Origin: Verrucomicrobiota bacterium | Lineage (GTDB): Bacteria > Verrucomicrobiota > Verrucomicrobiia > Limisphaerales > Palsa-1400 | DNA: 64,000 nucleotides | Assembly: GCA_049510745.1 (NCBI GenBank) | Contig: JBEKYR010000018.1 | Span: 1-64,000, forward strand | Direction: 5' to 3' | Shown here: piece after piece, positions 50,681 to 60,578 of the stretch | Numbering within the stretch: the stretch's first letter is position 1 | Layout: each line of letters opens with the position of its first letter | The notes under the pieces: generated by a model | Told to the model about the DNA's origin: nothing | Database searches by the model: none | Seen by the model: the letters and a program-made list of their open reading frames with translations, nothing else | Position numbers and translations under genes: made by a program

Positions 50681-50941
50681 TCAAAGTCCCGAAGAGTGCG
50701 AATCGTGCGAGGAGTGCGAATCGTGCGAAGAGTGTGAATCGTGATCGCGCATACCTGCACTTGCCGCTACAGGAACCGATGGCACAATGACGAATTTTTG
50801 CGGCAGAGTCAATTGTTGGGCAACTGCCGGAGAGGCGTCTGAGCCTTGTGTTGTGAGCGCATTGACTGGAACCGTGTTGAGCAGCGCGGCGCTGGCCACG
50901 GAGAGTGACATCAGAAAGCCGAATTTTGTTTCTCGTTTCAT
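50681..50941 (-). CDS. hxsA: His-Xaa-Ser repeat precursor peptide (short HxsA-type)
   Basis: 86 aa: signal-like N-terminus and C-terminal HDSHSSHDSHSSHDSHSSGL, encoded by three 18-bp repeats at 50690-50743. Confidence 0.9.
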   Translation of the reverse strand: MKRETKFGFLMSLSVASAALLNTVPVNALTTQGSDASPAVAQQLTLPQKFVIVPSVPVAASAGMRDHDSHSSHDSHSSHDSHSSGL

Positions 50942-51183
50942 ATATTTTTCTTAAACCACATCACACAGGCAATTTGCCCATACAATTGCCAATAAAACAC
51001 TTCTTTCAGTGTATAAATCGTAACCAATAAGACAGCGAAGTCAAGGGAAAAATTCAATTATATTTCTCTGGTCTTATGAAGCGAAGCGGGATGATCCCCA
51101 CCCCCGCCACTGATTTGTTTCAGCCGCGGAGGGTTCGGCGTGGCACAGGGAGTGCAGCGGGACGTGCCTGCTGTTTGCGAAAT

Positions 51184-51465
51184 TTATCCCACTCGGACGA
51201 GTTCATTCTCCGTGCGGAGGTGGCGGGTGAACGGCGTGTCGATGTCCAGATCAATCAAATCCACCGAACGGCCGGTCAAATCGCTGACGCGCGCGCCCAT
51301 GCGATAGAAAACCGACGGGGGCAGGCCGGAAACCGCCAAGTCGAGATCGGAAGCGGCATCACCCGACCCTTTGGCAGCGGAGCCAAAGACGTAAATCTCC
51401 CGTGCGCCGGCAGACTTGAGTTCGGCCGCGGCGCGCTTGATTAAAATGTCCGTCTCGGCGCTCAC
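51184..51465 (-). CDS. Minimal nucleotidyltransferase (MNT), orphan
   Basis: YVFGS.A.G....SDLDLAV and VDLIDL. Confidence 0.88.
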   Translation of the reverse strand: MSAETDILIKRAAAELKSAGAREIYVFGSAAKGSGDAASDLDLAVSGLPPSVFYRMGARVSDLTGRSVDLIDLDIDTPFTRHLRTENELVRVG

Positions 51466-51555
51466 GATTACAATTGATTGTGCGTCTTTTGAGTCTGAAA
51501 GTCAAAATATTCCCGTACCCTGAATGTTTCGGATTAGGAGTAGGACTCAATGCTC

Positions 51556-51622
51556 TCAATCTTCCGTAAAAAGATACTCCAGGTCGGACTTTGACAAGTT
51601 GCGGGCGAAGCCCTGTTCGCCG
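51556..51622 (-). repeat. Diverged duplicate of the last 67 bp of the SNF2 gene
   Basis: Matches 51680-51746 with 7 mismatches; encodes ...DLEYLFTED* versus ...DLEYLFAED*. Confidence 0.9.
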
Positions 51623-51679
51623 GACGTATTCCGCCGGCGGGACGCCGGCGGAGGCGGTCGAGACGACCGCGCTCCCAAT

Positions 51680-54600
51680 TCAATCTTCGGCGAAGAGATA
51701 CTCCAGGTCGGACTTTGAGAGATTGCGGGCGAAGCCCTGTTCGCCGAGAACGTCGGCGATGGTCTGGGCTTTGCGCTGCTGCAATTCCCAGATTTTTTCC
51801 TCGACCGTCCCCGGAGCGATCAAGCGGTAGGCGTTGACGGTCACGGTCTGGCCAATCCGATGCGAGCGGTCGATGGCTTGCGCCTCGACGGCGGGGTTCC
51901 ACCAGGGATCGTACAAAATCACAGTGCTGGCCGTGGTGAGGTTGAGGCCCGTGCCGGCGGCGCGCAAGCTGAGCAGAAAAACCGCCGGGTCGGGATCGTT
52001 TTGGAACGCTTGCATGACCTGCTGGCGGTCTTTGGTGTCGCCCGTCAGGATATGGGTGCGAATCTGGCGGGCGGCGCATTCCTTCTCCAAGAGCCTGAGC
52101 ATCCGCACAAACTGGCTGAAGAGCAGCACCTTCCGGTTCCCGGCCAGCAACGGCTCGAGCAGTTCAAACAACGTCTCCGTTTTGCCGGAAGCGGCGTCGT
52201 TGCCCACCAGGTCGGGATGACAGCAAATCTGGCGCAGGCGGGTCAAAGCGGCCAGGACGTGGATGGTGCTGGCGCGGACGCCGCGCTCGGCGACGGTGTT
52301 CATGACCTGTTCGCGGCTGCGGCGCAATTCGGCCAGGTAGAGCTTGCGTTGGGCCTCGCCCAGTTCGCAATCGCGCCGCAGCTCGATGCGGTCGGGCAGG
52401 TCCTGGGCCACTTCGCTTTTGAGGCGGCGCAACATGAGGGGGCGGAGTTTGGCGGCCAGACGGCGGCAGGCGATGCGTTGCTCGTCGCCCGCGTTTTCGC
52501 CGCGCGGTTCGTATTTTTCGCGGAACTTGGCCTGGGTGCCCAGGTAGCCGGGCTGGACGAAATCGACGATGCTCCAGAGGTCGAGCAGGCGATTCTCCAG
52601 CGGGGTGCCCGTCAGCGCCAAACGCTGGCCGGCCTGGAGTTGTTTGACCGAGACGCTGATCTGGGCGTCGGGATTTTTGATGAACTGCGCCTCGTCGAGG
52701 ATGACGACGCGAAAGTGAAATCGTTGCAGGGCCTCGAGGTCGCGCCGCAACAAGGCGTAATTGGTGACGATCAAGTCGTGTTCGGGGATTTGTCTGCGCA
52801 AATTGTGCCGCGCGGCCCCGCTCTCCAGCACCAGCACTTTGAGCATGGGCGTGAACCGGCTGGCTTCCCGCCGCCAATTGTGCAGCACCGAGGCCGGGCA
52901 GATGACCAGAACCGGCTTGCTGTGGCGATTGGCCGCCTTCATCCACGCCACCCAGAGCAACGCTTGCAGCGTCTTGCCCAGCCCCATGTCATCGGCCAGA
53001 ATTCCGCCCAATTTGTGCCGGGTCAGGTGGCACAGGAAATTGAAACCGGCCCGCTGATACGGCCGCAGCTCGGCGTTAATGCCTTCGGGCAGAGGCGTCA
53101 CCGGAATGCCGCTGAATTCGGCCAGATGGCGGCGCAGGGCCTGCCCTTCAGGCGAGTCGCCGAACCGCTTGAGTCCTTCTTCGTCAAGATGGGCCGCTTG
53201 TTCCAGGCCCAAGCGTTGCGGCACCGGGATCAGGCCATCGACGCCCAGATCGGCGAAGGTTTCGTGCGCCTCTTGCACGGCGGCGGCGTCCAATTGCAGC
53301 CAGCCGGCATCGGGCAATTTGACAAACCGCCCCGTGGCCGTCGCCAGCCGCTGCAAATCCGCCGCGGTCAACTTGACGCCCTCGGCTTCCCATTGGGCGG
53401 AAACCGAAAACCAGTCGATGCCGCTGCCCTGCAGGACCAGGCGCGGACGCAACGGGCGCGGCGCAAGGAACAAGCGATGAAAGGCCGGGTTGCCCAGGAA
53501 CTCGGCCTCCTCGGGGCGGTCGGGCCAGACGGCCGCCAATTGGGCCGGAAAATTGTCATTGGCGTCACCGACCCACACGCCGGGTTCAGGCGTAAACCAG
53601 TCCAGGCGGTGCAACCATTGCACCGCGCGCTCCAGCCGCGGATCATCCAGAATTCTCGGCCTGCCCTTCATATCGACCTGCGGATCGTCGCATTCCCACT
53701 CCTGCCCGGTCCAATGCCAGGCGCCGCCGTCGCCGTCCGCCCGCGCCTGCAGGCGCAAGCGCACCACGTCATCGACCAACTCGAAAACGAAGCGCGGCTG
53801 GGCGGTGTGGACGACACATAATTGGTCCCAATCCACCGCCGGCGCGACCTGGGTCTTGCGCAATTGGGTCAAGAGACGATGGCTCAATCTGCTGACCGGC
53901 AGCGTCTGTCTTTTCACCCACGAGTTGAGCAACTCGTCCGGGGGCGCGCTGCGCAACAAATAAAAAGTGCTCCCCACCAGCGCGATCGCCGGACGCCCGG
54001 CGAAGAATTTGACCGCGCTGAGCGGATGCCCTTCCCCGCCGGGCAAGGTCAACTGGTGCGTAAAAAACAACTCGGTGTTGATCGTTTGCAGGTGCGGCTT
54101 CAACTCCGTCAAGTGGCCGTCAAAGACAATCGGCTCGCCGCCCTGGGCCATGCGCAGGCGGCCTTTGCCGCCCCAGCGCACCAGCCACTGGAACAACTCC
54201 GTTCCGGTCAAAACAAGCGATTCCCACAACCCCTCCGGATCGGCGTGGTTCTGGGCCAGCCATTGGATGAATTCCCAGTCCTCGGCGGAGAAGAGTTCCT
54301 CCTCGTGCGTGGCGCGCGCGGCCAGATCGGCCACTTCATGGACCGTTCTGAGCTTTTCGCCCGTGCGCTGCCGCGAGACAAAAAAGGCGACCGAAAGCCC
54401 GTGCAAAGCCGAGTCTTCGCTGACCGGCCTGGGTTCGCAGGCCACGCGGATGGCGGCGCGGGGCGCGTCCAGGCGCGCCGGCGAGGAGGGGAAGTGCCAC
54501 TGTTCGAGTTGGCGGACGAACTGCTGGTCTTTCTCCGCCTGCTCGATTTCCGCAAACCGCTTCAAATTGGCGTGGGGCTGCAATTCCGTCGGCAGCGGCC

Positions 54601-54940
54601 GGTTGAAGCGCAGGAAAAGGATGGCCGTCTCCTCCAGGCGTTTTTTGCCCTGGGTGGAAACGAGGCGGGACCACCATTCGTGCGAGCCGAAGTCCTTGCG
54701 CGACAAGGACAACTTCTCGAAATAATCCTCCAGCAGCAGCCAGGCGCGCTGGGGGTCGCCGCAATTGGCGAAGATGTTGAGCAACTCGGTGCGCTCGGCC
54801 ACGGTCGCCTTGGAGTCGGAGAGTTCGCGGCGCAACTCGGCCTGCGGCCCGTAGGCCTTGGCCAGCACGGTATGGTGGGCGTCATACTTGGTCGTATTGC
54901 CCGAGGCCGTGGCATTGGTTTTGCGCGAAGTTTTAGTCAT
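51680..54940 (-). CDS. SNF2-family helicase/ATPase
   Basis: LADDMGLGKT, DEAQ, TGTPLEN, GTGLNL and QAIDRSHRIGQ. Confidence 0.96.
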   Translation of the reverse strand: MTKTSRKTNATASGNTTKYDAHHTVLAKAYGPQAELRRELSDSKATVAERTELLNIFANCGDPQRAWLLLEDYFEKLSLSRKDFGSHEWWSRLVSTQGKKRLEETAILFLRFNRPLPTELQPHANLKRFAEIEQAEKDQQFVRQLEQWHFPSSPARLDAPRAAIRVACEPRPVSEDSALHGLSVAFFVSRQRTGEKLRTVHEVADLAARATHEEELFSAEDWEFIQWLAQNHADPEGLWESLVLTGTELFQWLVRWGGKGRLRMAQGGEPIVFDGHLTELKPHLQTINTELFFTHQLTLPGGEGHPLSAVKFFAGRPAIALVGSTFYLLRSAPPDELLNSWVKRQTLPVSRLSHRLLTQLRKTQVAPAVDWDQLCVVHTAQPRFVFELVDDVVRLRLQARADGDGGAWHWTGQEWECDDPQVDMKGRPRILDDPRLERAVQWLHRLDWFTPEPGVWVGDANDNFPAQLAAVWPDRPEEAEFLGNPAFHRLFLAPRPLRPRLVLQGSGIDWFSVSAQWEAEGVKLTAADLQRLATATGRFVKLPDAGWLQLDAAAVQEAHETFADLGVDGLIPVPQRLGLEQAAHLDEEGLKRFGDSPEGQALRRHLAEFSGIPVTPLPEGINAELRPYQRAGFNFLCHLTRHKLGGILADDMGLGKTLQALLWVAWMKAANRHSKPVLVICPASVLHNWRREASRFTPMLKVLVLESGAARHNLRRQIPEHDLIVTNYALLRRDLEALQRFHFRVVILDEAQFIKNPDAQISVSVKQLQAGQRLALTGTPLENRLLDLWSIVDFVQPGYLGTQAKFREKYEPRGENAGDEQRIACRRLAAKLRPLMLRRLKSEVAQDLPDRIELRRDCELGEAQRKLYLAELRRSREQVMNTVAERGVRASTIHVLAALTRLRQICCHPDLVGNDAASGKTETLFELLEPLLAGNRKVLLFSQFVRMLRLLEKECAARQIRTHILTGDTKDRQQVMQAFQNDPDPAVFLLSLRAAGTGLNLTTASTVILYDPWWNPAVEAQAIDRSHRIGQTVTVNAYRLIAPGTVEEKIWELQQRKAQTIADVLGEQGFARNLSKSDLEYLFAED

Positions 54941-55305
54941 GCAACAATTGAAACTGGACTAAACCGGTACACCTTAATCTCGACACAATCCCCCACCCGG
55001 CGTCAACAGAAAAGCGCGTATTTTTCGACCCCCGGGAACAGGAAACATAGGGGAATGGATGAGGTTTGAATCAGTGAATCAGTGAATTAATGAATGGAAA
55101 AATGCTTTGCCTTGGTTCCAAAAGGTGGGGGCCACTCATCAATTCACTCATTCACCCATTCACTGATTCACTGATTCGCTCATTCATTTATTCGTTTATT
55201 CACTTTGTCCGGCTTGAATCTTTCCGGCGAAAGGGTAGAATCAGGGTGGAGTTCGAATCAGGCACCGCTGCCTTGCGTTGTCTGGCGGCGGGACGATTCT
55301 TTACC

Positions 55306-58218
55306 ATGAAATGCCATGTTCCGATTCGGTGTGAAGCGCCCTCACGGCGCAGGGGAAAATTGCGCGGATTTCTGGCCGCGGTCGGCGCGGTCTTGATTTT
55401 CAGCAACTCCGCCGCGCTGGCCCAAAGACAGGTGGTCCACGGGCACGTCCCGGCTGCCGCGGCCGGCCTTCGGGCCATCGGTGGGCTGGCGGACTCAAAT
55501 CGGATGGAGTTGGTCATCGGCCTGCCGTTGCGCAACAGGGAGGCGCTCACCAATTTGCTCAATCAGCTTTACGATCCCGCCAGCCCCAATTTCCACCGAT
55601 ACCTGGCGCCGGAACAGTTCGCGGAACGGTTCGGGCCAAGCGCGGAGGATTATCAGGCCGTGATGGACTTCGCCGCGTCCAACGGCTTGCGCGTCACCGG
55701 CACGCATCCCAATCGCACGCTGCTCGATGTCAGCGGGACGGTGGCCGACATCCAGAAGGCGCTCCATCTGCATCTGCGGACGTACCGGCATCCGGTGGAG
55801 GCGCGCTCGTTTTTCGCGCCGGATGTCGAACCGTCATTGGACCTGGCCGTCCCGGTGCTGGCGATCAGCGGATTGGACAGTTATATCATTCCGCATCCGC
55901 GACTCGCCAGGGCCGGCGCGCGCGATCCGCTCGCGCCGCGCCTGGGGTCGGGCTCGGGCGGGACGTATATGGGGAACGATTTCCGGGCGGCGTACGTCCC
56001 CGGCACCTCGCTGACCGGCGCGGGGCAATCGGTCGGCCTGTGGGAAGGGGACGGCTACGTCACCTCGGACATTACTTCGTATGAAAGCCAGGCCGGCCTG
56101 CCGAACGTCCCGCTGACCACGGTGTTGATCGACAGCGCCACTGGCAGCGCCGGCTCCGGCGCTTCCGAAGTGTCGCTGGACATCGAGATGGCCATTTCCA
56201 TGGCGCCGGGCCTGTCGCGCGTCATTGTCTATGAAGGGCCGAACGTCAATAATATAACAATCCCCAACGACATCTTAAACCGCATGGCGACGGATAACCT
56301 GGCCGAACAATTGAGTTGTTCGTGGGGGTTCGACATCGATTCGAACACCGAACAGATTTTCCAGCAATACGCCACGCAGGGGCAATCGTTTTTCCTGGCG
56401 TCGGGCGACAGCGGGGCGTTCACGGCGTCGGGCAACCCGGTCAGCCTCAGCCCGCCGTCGGACGATCCGTACATCACGGTGGTAGGGGCGACGACCTTGA
56501 GCACGAGCGGGCCGGGTGGAACCTGGGACTCGGAAACGGTGTGGAATTGGTTTACGACCAGACAAGGAAGCGGCGGGGCCAGCAGCGGCGGCATCAGCAC
56601 GAGCTATTTGATTCCGAGCTGGCAGGCGCCCGTCAGCATGGCGTCCAATCAAGGCTCCACCACTTACCGCAATCTCCCCGATGTGGCGATGGTTGGGGAC
56701 AACATCCGGGTGATTTATGGCGGCGGGCAGACGGGCGACTTTGGCGGGACCAGTTGCGCGGCCCCGCTCTGGGCGGCGTTCACCGCGCTGGTCAACCAAG
56801 ACCGTACCAACAATTTGCGGGCGCCCGTCGGATTCTTGAATCCGGCCCTTTACGCAATCGGCTTGGGCGCCAATTACGGATCGGCCTTCCATGACATCAC
56901 CACGGGCAACAACACCAATACGGCCACCCATACCCAATTTTTTGCCGTGCCTGGTTACGACCTCTGCACCGGCTGGGGAACGCCCACGGGCACCAACCTG
57001 ATCAACCTGCTGGCGCCTCCGGGCACCACGCCGAATCTGATCGGCGCGGCAACACTGCTGGCGGAAAGCTGCCTGCCCACCAATGGGGCGGTCGATCCCG
57101 GCGAAACGGTCACGGTCAACCTGGCGCTGACGGACCTGGCGGCGGCCAGCACCACCAACCTGGTCGCCACGTTGCTGGCCAGCGCCGGAGTGCTCGACCC
57201 CAGCGGCCCGCAGTCTTACGGCTTCGTCCCAGGCGGCGGGGCGGCGGTGAGCCGGCCGTTCACTTTCACCGCCAGCGGAGTCTGCGGCCAAACCATCCCG
57301 GCGGTGTGGCAGCTTCAGGACGGGACAGCCAGTCTGCGAACCGTCACGGTCAACTTCGCGCTTGGCGCGCTGGTTCCCGCCACCATTTTTTCACAGAATT
57401 TTGACGGCCTCACTGCACCCGCGCTGCCAGCCGGTTGGAGCACTACCGCGTCCGGCGCGCAGGTCAATTGGGTCACGACCACCGCCAGCGCCGATAGCGC
57501 GCCCAACTCGGCTTTTGCGACCGATGTCGGGGCCTCCGGGCTGGCTTACCTGACCGCGCCGGCCATTTCGATCCTTTCTTCAAATGCCCAAGTGACGTTC
57601 CGGCAGAATTACAACTTGGAGGTTGTGACGACGACTTCGCGCCATCATGGGATCGTGACGACTTTCTACGACGGCGGCGTTCTGGAGATGGCCATCGGAG
57701 CGGGCGGTTTCGCCGATATTCTGTCCGCCGGCGGCAGCTTTGTGACGGGCGGATACAATTGCACGCTCTACAGCGGGTCGGGCAACCCATTGGGAGGGCG
57801 CTCGGCCTGGGGTGGCGATTCCGGCGGATGGATCACCACCACGGTCAACCTCCCGGCGGCGGCCGCGGGCCAGAGCATCCAACTGCGCTGGGGATGCGGC
57901 ACGGACGAACTCAACGCGACATCGGTGACCGGCTGGTATGTGGACACGATTTCCCTCCGGGACGCTTCTTACGCCTGTTGCAGCGAACTGATCCCGCCCT
58001 CCCTTGACCCGGCCGGCATTGTCGTCACCGGCGCCGGGTTTTCCATTTCGTTCCAAAGCGTGGCGGGCCTGAATTACACCCTCCAATACAAGAACTTCCT
58101 CACCGACGCCCATTGGACAACGCTGCCCGCCTCGACGGTGACGGGCACGGGCGGGGCCATCCTGCTGCAAGACAACACCCATCAGTCGGCGCGTTTTTAC
58201 CAGGTTTTGTGCAATTGA
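55306..58218 (+). CDS. Sedolisin/kumamolisin-like S53 protease with pro-domain and C-terminal modules
   Basis: Pro-kumamolisin region, EVSLDIE, SGDSG, GGTSCAAP and YDLCTGWGTP. Confidence 0.93.
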   Translation: MKCHVPIRCEAPSRRRGKLRGFLAAVGAVLIFSNSAALAQRQVVHGHVPAAAAGLRAIGGLADSNRMELVIGLPLRNREALTNLLNQLYDPASPNFHRYLAPEQFAERFGPSAEDYQAVMDFAASNGLRVTGTHPNRTLLDVSGTVADIQKALHLHLRTYRHPVEARSFFAPDVEPSLDLAVPVLAISGLDSYIIPHPRLARAGARDPLAPRLGSGSGGTYMGNDFRAAYVPGTSLTGAGQSVGLWEGDGYVTSDITSYESQAGLPNVPLTTVLIDSATGSAGSGASEVSLDIEMAISMAPGLSRVIVYEGPNVNNITIPNDILNRMATDNLAEQLSCSWGFDIDSNTEQIFQQYATQGQSFFLASGDSGAFTASGNPVSLSPPSDDPYITVVGATTLSTSGPGGTWDSETVWNWFTTRQGSGGASSGGISTSYLIPSWQAPVSMASNQGSTTYRNLPDVAMVGDNIRVIYGGGQTGDFGGTSCAAPLWAAFTALVNQDRTNNLRAPVGFLNPALYAIGLGANYGSAFHDITTGNNTNTATHTQFFAVPGYDLCTGWGTPTGTNLINLLAPPGTTPNLIGAATLLAESCLPTNGAVDPGETVTVNLALTDLAAASTTNLVATLLASAGVLDPSGPQSYGFVPGGGAAVSRPFTFTASGVCGQTIPAVWQLQDGTASLRTVTVNFALGALVPATIFSQNFDGLTAPALPAGWSTTASGAQVNWVTTTASADSAPNSAFATDVGASGLAYLTAPAISILSSNAQVTFRQNYNLEVVTTTSRHHGIVTTFYDGGVLEMAIGAGGFADILSAGGSFVTGGYNCTLYSGSGNPLGGRSAWGGDSGGWITTTVNLPAAAAGQSIQLRWGCGTDELNATSVTGWYVDTISLRDASYACCSELIPPSLDPAGIVVTGAGFSISFQSVAGLNYTLQYKNFLTDAHWTTLPASTVTGTGGAILLQDNTHQSARFYQVLCN

Positions 58219-58282
58219 ACGGGTAACGGCCGCGCGCGAACGGCCGGGCGGCGGCGCGCCAACTGCGGTTGGGGCGGCTGGC

Positions 58283-59281
58283 TCACGGCGCGAAATTCGC
58301 CAGCTTGCGCGCGATCCCGGAAAGCTGCGCCTCACGGCGGTTGGCCAGGATGATGACGCTCAGCCTCTTGTCGGGAAAACGTTCGATCCGCGTGGTAAAC
58401 CCACACGTCTCGCCATGATGCCAAAGACGTCCCGCCTCAACAAACCAACCGAAACCGTAACCGTGGCCCCAGTCAGTGAAGGCCTGCCGCAACCACGACT
58501 GGCCGATCAGTTTTTCCGTGTAGAGGGCCTGGTCCCATTTGAAAAGATCGGCGACCGACGAATAAATGCCGCCGTCGCCCAGCACCGCGCTGGTCAGGCT
58601 TTGGTCTGTCAACTCGAAAACATCGCCGCGCCTGGTGTAACCCATCGCGCGGCGGGGCACGTCGGAAACGCCCGCTTCGTAAGCCACCGTGTTGTTCATT
58701 TGCAGCGGCGCAAAAACATGCCGCCGCAGGAATTCGGCGAAGGTCATTCCCGAGACGGCTTCGACCACCAGCGCCAGCAGGGCGTAGCCGCTGTTGCTGT
58801 AGCGGAACCGGGCGCCGGGCGGAAAATACGTCCTCTCCCGCCCGCGCAAAAGTTCCAGGACATCCCGGTCCTTCACCGGCGCGGTCGTGTCCGCGGGAAT
58901 CAGCTCCTCGTAGTCCGGCAAACCGGAGGTATGCGTCAACAATTGGCGGATCGTCACCCGGTGGAAGCCGGGAAAAAACCGCGGCAATTCGTCGTCCAGC
59001 GAGAGTTTTCCGCGAGCGGCCAGGAGCAAAACGCAGAGGGCGGTGAATTGTTTGGTGACAGAGGCCAGGCGGAAGTTCGTTTCGGGCGCGCAGGGCGCCC
59101 TGGTTTCCAGATTGGCCAGGCCGTAGCCCCTGGCCAGGCGGACCTCTCCGTCCCGCGCCACCAGGACGGCGGCGCCGGGGACATCGGGCCGGTTGAAATC
59201 GTCAAACAAAATGTCAATCAAGCTCACGCGCGCGGGCGATCCTATCTGAAATCGAACGGTCGGCGCCATTGCGAAAAGCAC
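58283..59281 (-). CDS. Serine hydrolase, class C beta-lactamase-like
   Basis: SVTK (SxxK), LLTHTSG, YSN and HHG; start uncertain. Confidence 0.9.
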   Translation of the reverse strand: MLFAMAPTVRFQIGSPARVSLIDILFDDFNRPDVPGAAVLVARDGEVRLARGYGLANLETRAPCAPETNFRLASVTKQFTALCVLLLAARGKLSLDDELPRFFPGFHRVTIRQLLTHTSGLPDYEELIPADTTAPVKDRDVLELLRGRERTYFPPGARFRYSNSGYALLALVVEAVSGMTFAEFLRRHVFAPLQMNNTVAYEAGVSDVPRRAMGYTRRGDVFELTDQSLTSAVLGDGGIYSSVADLFKWDQALYTEKLIGQSWLRQAFTDWGHGYGFGWFVEAGRLWHHGETCGFTTRIERFPDKRLSVIILANRREAQLSGIARKLANFAP

Positions 59282-59344
59282 CGAATTTCCCAGTTTGCGA
59301 TTGACTCCGGCCCGGCGGGACTAAACATGGTGTAATCAATTGAT

Positions 59345-59800
59345 ATGAATTTGAATGAAACTCAACGGCAGAGGGTGGCCGCCTGGATCAATGAGGGCCT
59401 CAAGCTGGCCGAGATTCAAAAGCGGCTGGAAACCGAGTTCGGGTTGCGCGTGACTTACCTGGACGTGCGGTTGCTGGTGGATGATTTGAAGCTCAAACCC
59501 AAGGACCCCCCGCCCCCGCCCAAGCCGCCCCCGCCGCCGCCAGACGAATCGGAGGACCTTTCTCCGCTCGCCTCCCCCACAGCGGGCAAAGTCAGCGTCA
59601 CGGTGGACCAACTGACGCAACCCGGCGCGCTGGTCAGCGGCAAGGTCAAGTTCAGCGACGGAAAAACGGCGGATTGGTTTCTGGATCAAACGGGCCGCCT
59701 TGGCCTGGCTCCCGCCCAGAAGGGTTACAAGCCGGCCCCGGCCGATTTGCAGGAGTTCCAGCGCGCGCTGCAAAACGAGTTGCAGAAATTGGGGCTGTGA
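59345..59800 (+). CDS. Hypothetical protein
   Basis: HTH-like N-terminus, Pro linker and beta-rich C-domain; apparently co-transcribed with pgl. Confidence 0.75.
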   Translation: MNLNETQRQRVAAWINEGLKLAEIQKRLETEFGLRVTYLDVRLLVDDLKLKPKDPPPPPKPPPPPPDESEDLSPLASPTAGKVSVTVDQLTQPGALVSGKVKFSDGKTADWFLDQTGRLGLAPAQKGYKPAPADLQEFQRALQNELQKLGL

Positions 59801-59806
59801 ACGCCG

Positions 59807-60526
59807 ATGCCGCGCCTTTTCTCCTTTCCCGACGGACAGGCGCTGGCCAGGGCGGCCGCCGGGGATTGGCTGGGCTTGTTGGAGAGATCTTCCGGCCCGT
59901 GTCTGGCCGCCCTTTCCGGCGGCGGCATCGCCCGAGATTTTTTCGCCGCGGTGACCGCGCTGGCCGGGAAATCGGGCGCGCCGCTCCAGGACGTTCACTT
60001 TTTCTGGGCCGACGAACGTTGCGTCCCGCCCAGCCATCCCGACAGCAATTTTCTGCTGGCGAACGAAAACCTGTTGCGGCCGCTGGGCATCGCGGCGGAT
60101 AAAATTCACCGGCTCAAGGGAGAATTGCCGCCCGCCGAAGCGGTCGCGGAAGGCAACGCCGGCCTGCGGCGGCTGGCGCCCAGGAGCGCGGAAGGCATTC
60201 CCATTCTGGACATCGTGTTTCTCGGTCTGGGCGAGGACGGCCACACGGCATCGCTCATGGCCAACGCGCCGGCGGCAGTGCGGGAATGCCGCGAGCCATA
60301 CGTCCACGTGGCCAACTCGCCCAAGCCGCCGCCCCATCGCATCAGCCTGACCTACCCGATGCTGGCCGCCGCGCGGGAGGTTTGGACGCTGGTTTCGGGC
60401 GCGGGCAAGGAGACGGCCTTGCGCGAGTCGATGCGGCCCGGCGGGAAAACGCCCTTCGCGCGCGTGCTGCGGGAGCGGGCGGAGACGCGAGTTTATACGG
60501 ACCTGCAAGACCTGGCGGCGGCGTAA
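59807..60526 (+). CDS. pgl: 6-phosphogluconolactonase
   Basis: ALSGG, WADERCVP..H.DSN and LGLGEDGHTASL. Confidence 0.93.
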   Translation: MPRLFSFPDGQALARAAAGDWLGLLERSSGPCLAALSGGGIARDFFAAVTALAGKSGAPLQDVHFFWADERCVPPSHPDSNFLLANENLLRPLGIAADKIHRLKGELPPAEAVAEGNAGLRRLAPRSAEGIPILDIVFLGLGEDGHTASLMANAPAAVRECREPYVHVANSPKPPPHRISLTYPMLAAAREVWTLVSGAGKETALRESMRPGGKTPFARVLRERAETRVYTDLQDLAAA

Positions 60527-60578
60527 CTCACCCTGCTTCGGCATCCGCTCGTAAATCGTAAATCCGCCCAATATTAGT

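Noticed and set aside
50690..50743. CRISPR-like repeat
   Set aside because: Contiguous 18-bp coding repeats with no spacers; no cas genes in the window.
51556..51746. DGR template/variable repeat pair
   Set aside because: Mismatches are not adenine-specific and no reverse transcriptase is present.
55090..55305. N-terminal ORF extension of the protease (similarly 18159-18329 for cysS)
   Set aside because: Translates intergenic tandem repeats; better starts lie downstream.
55306..58218. S53 protease as the Hxs leader peptidase
   Set aside because: Opposite strand, backbone-like GC and separated by the SNF2 gene; no evidence of linkage.
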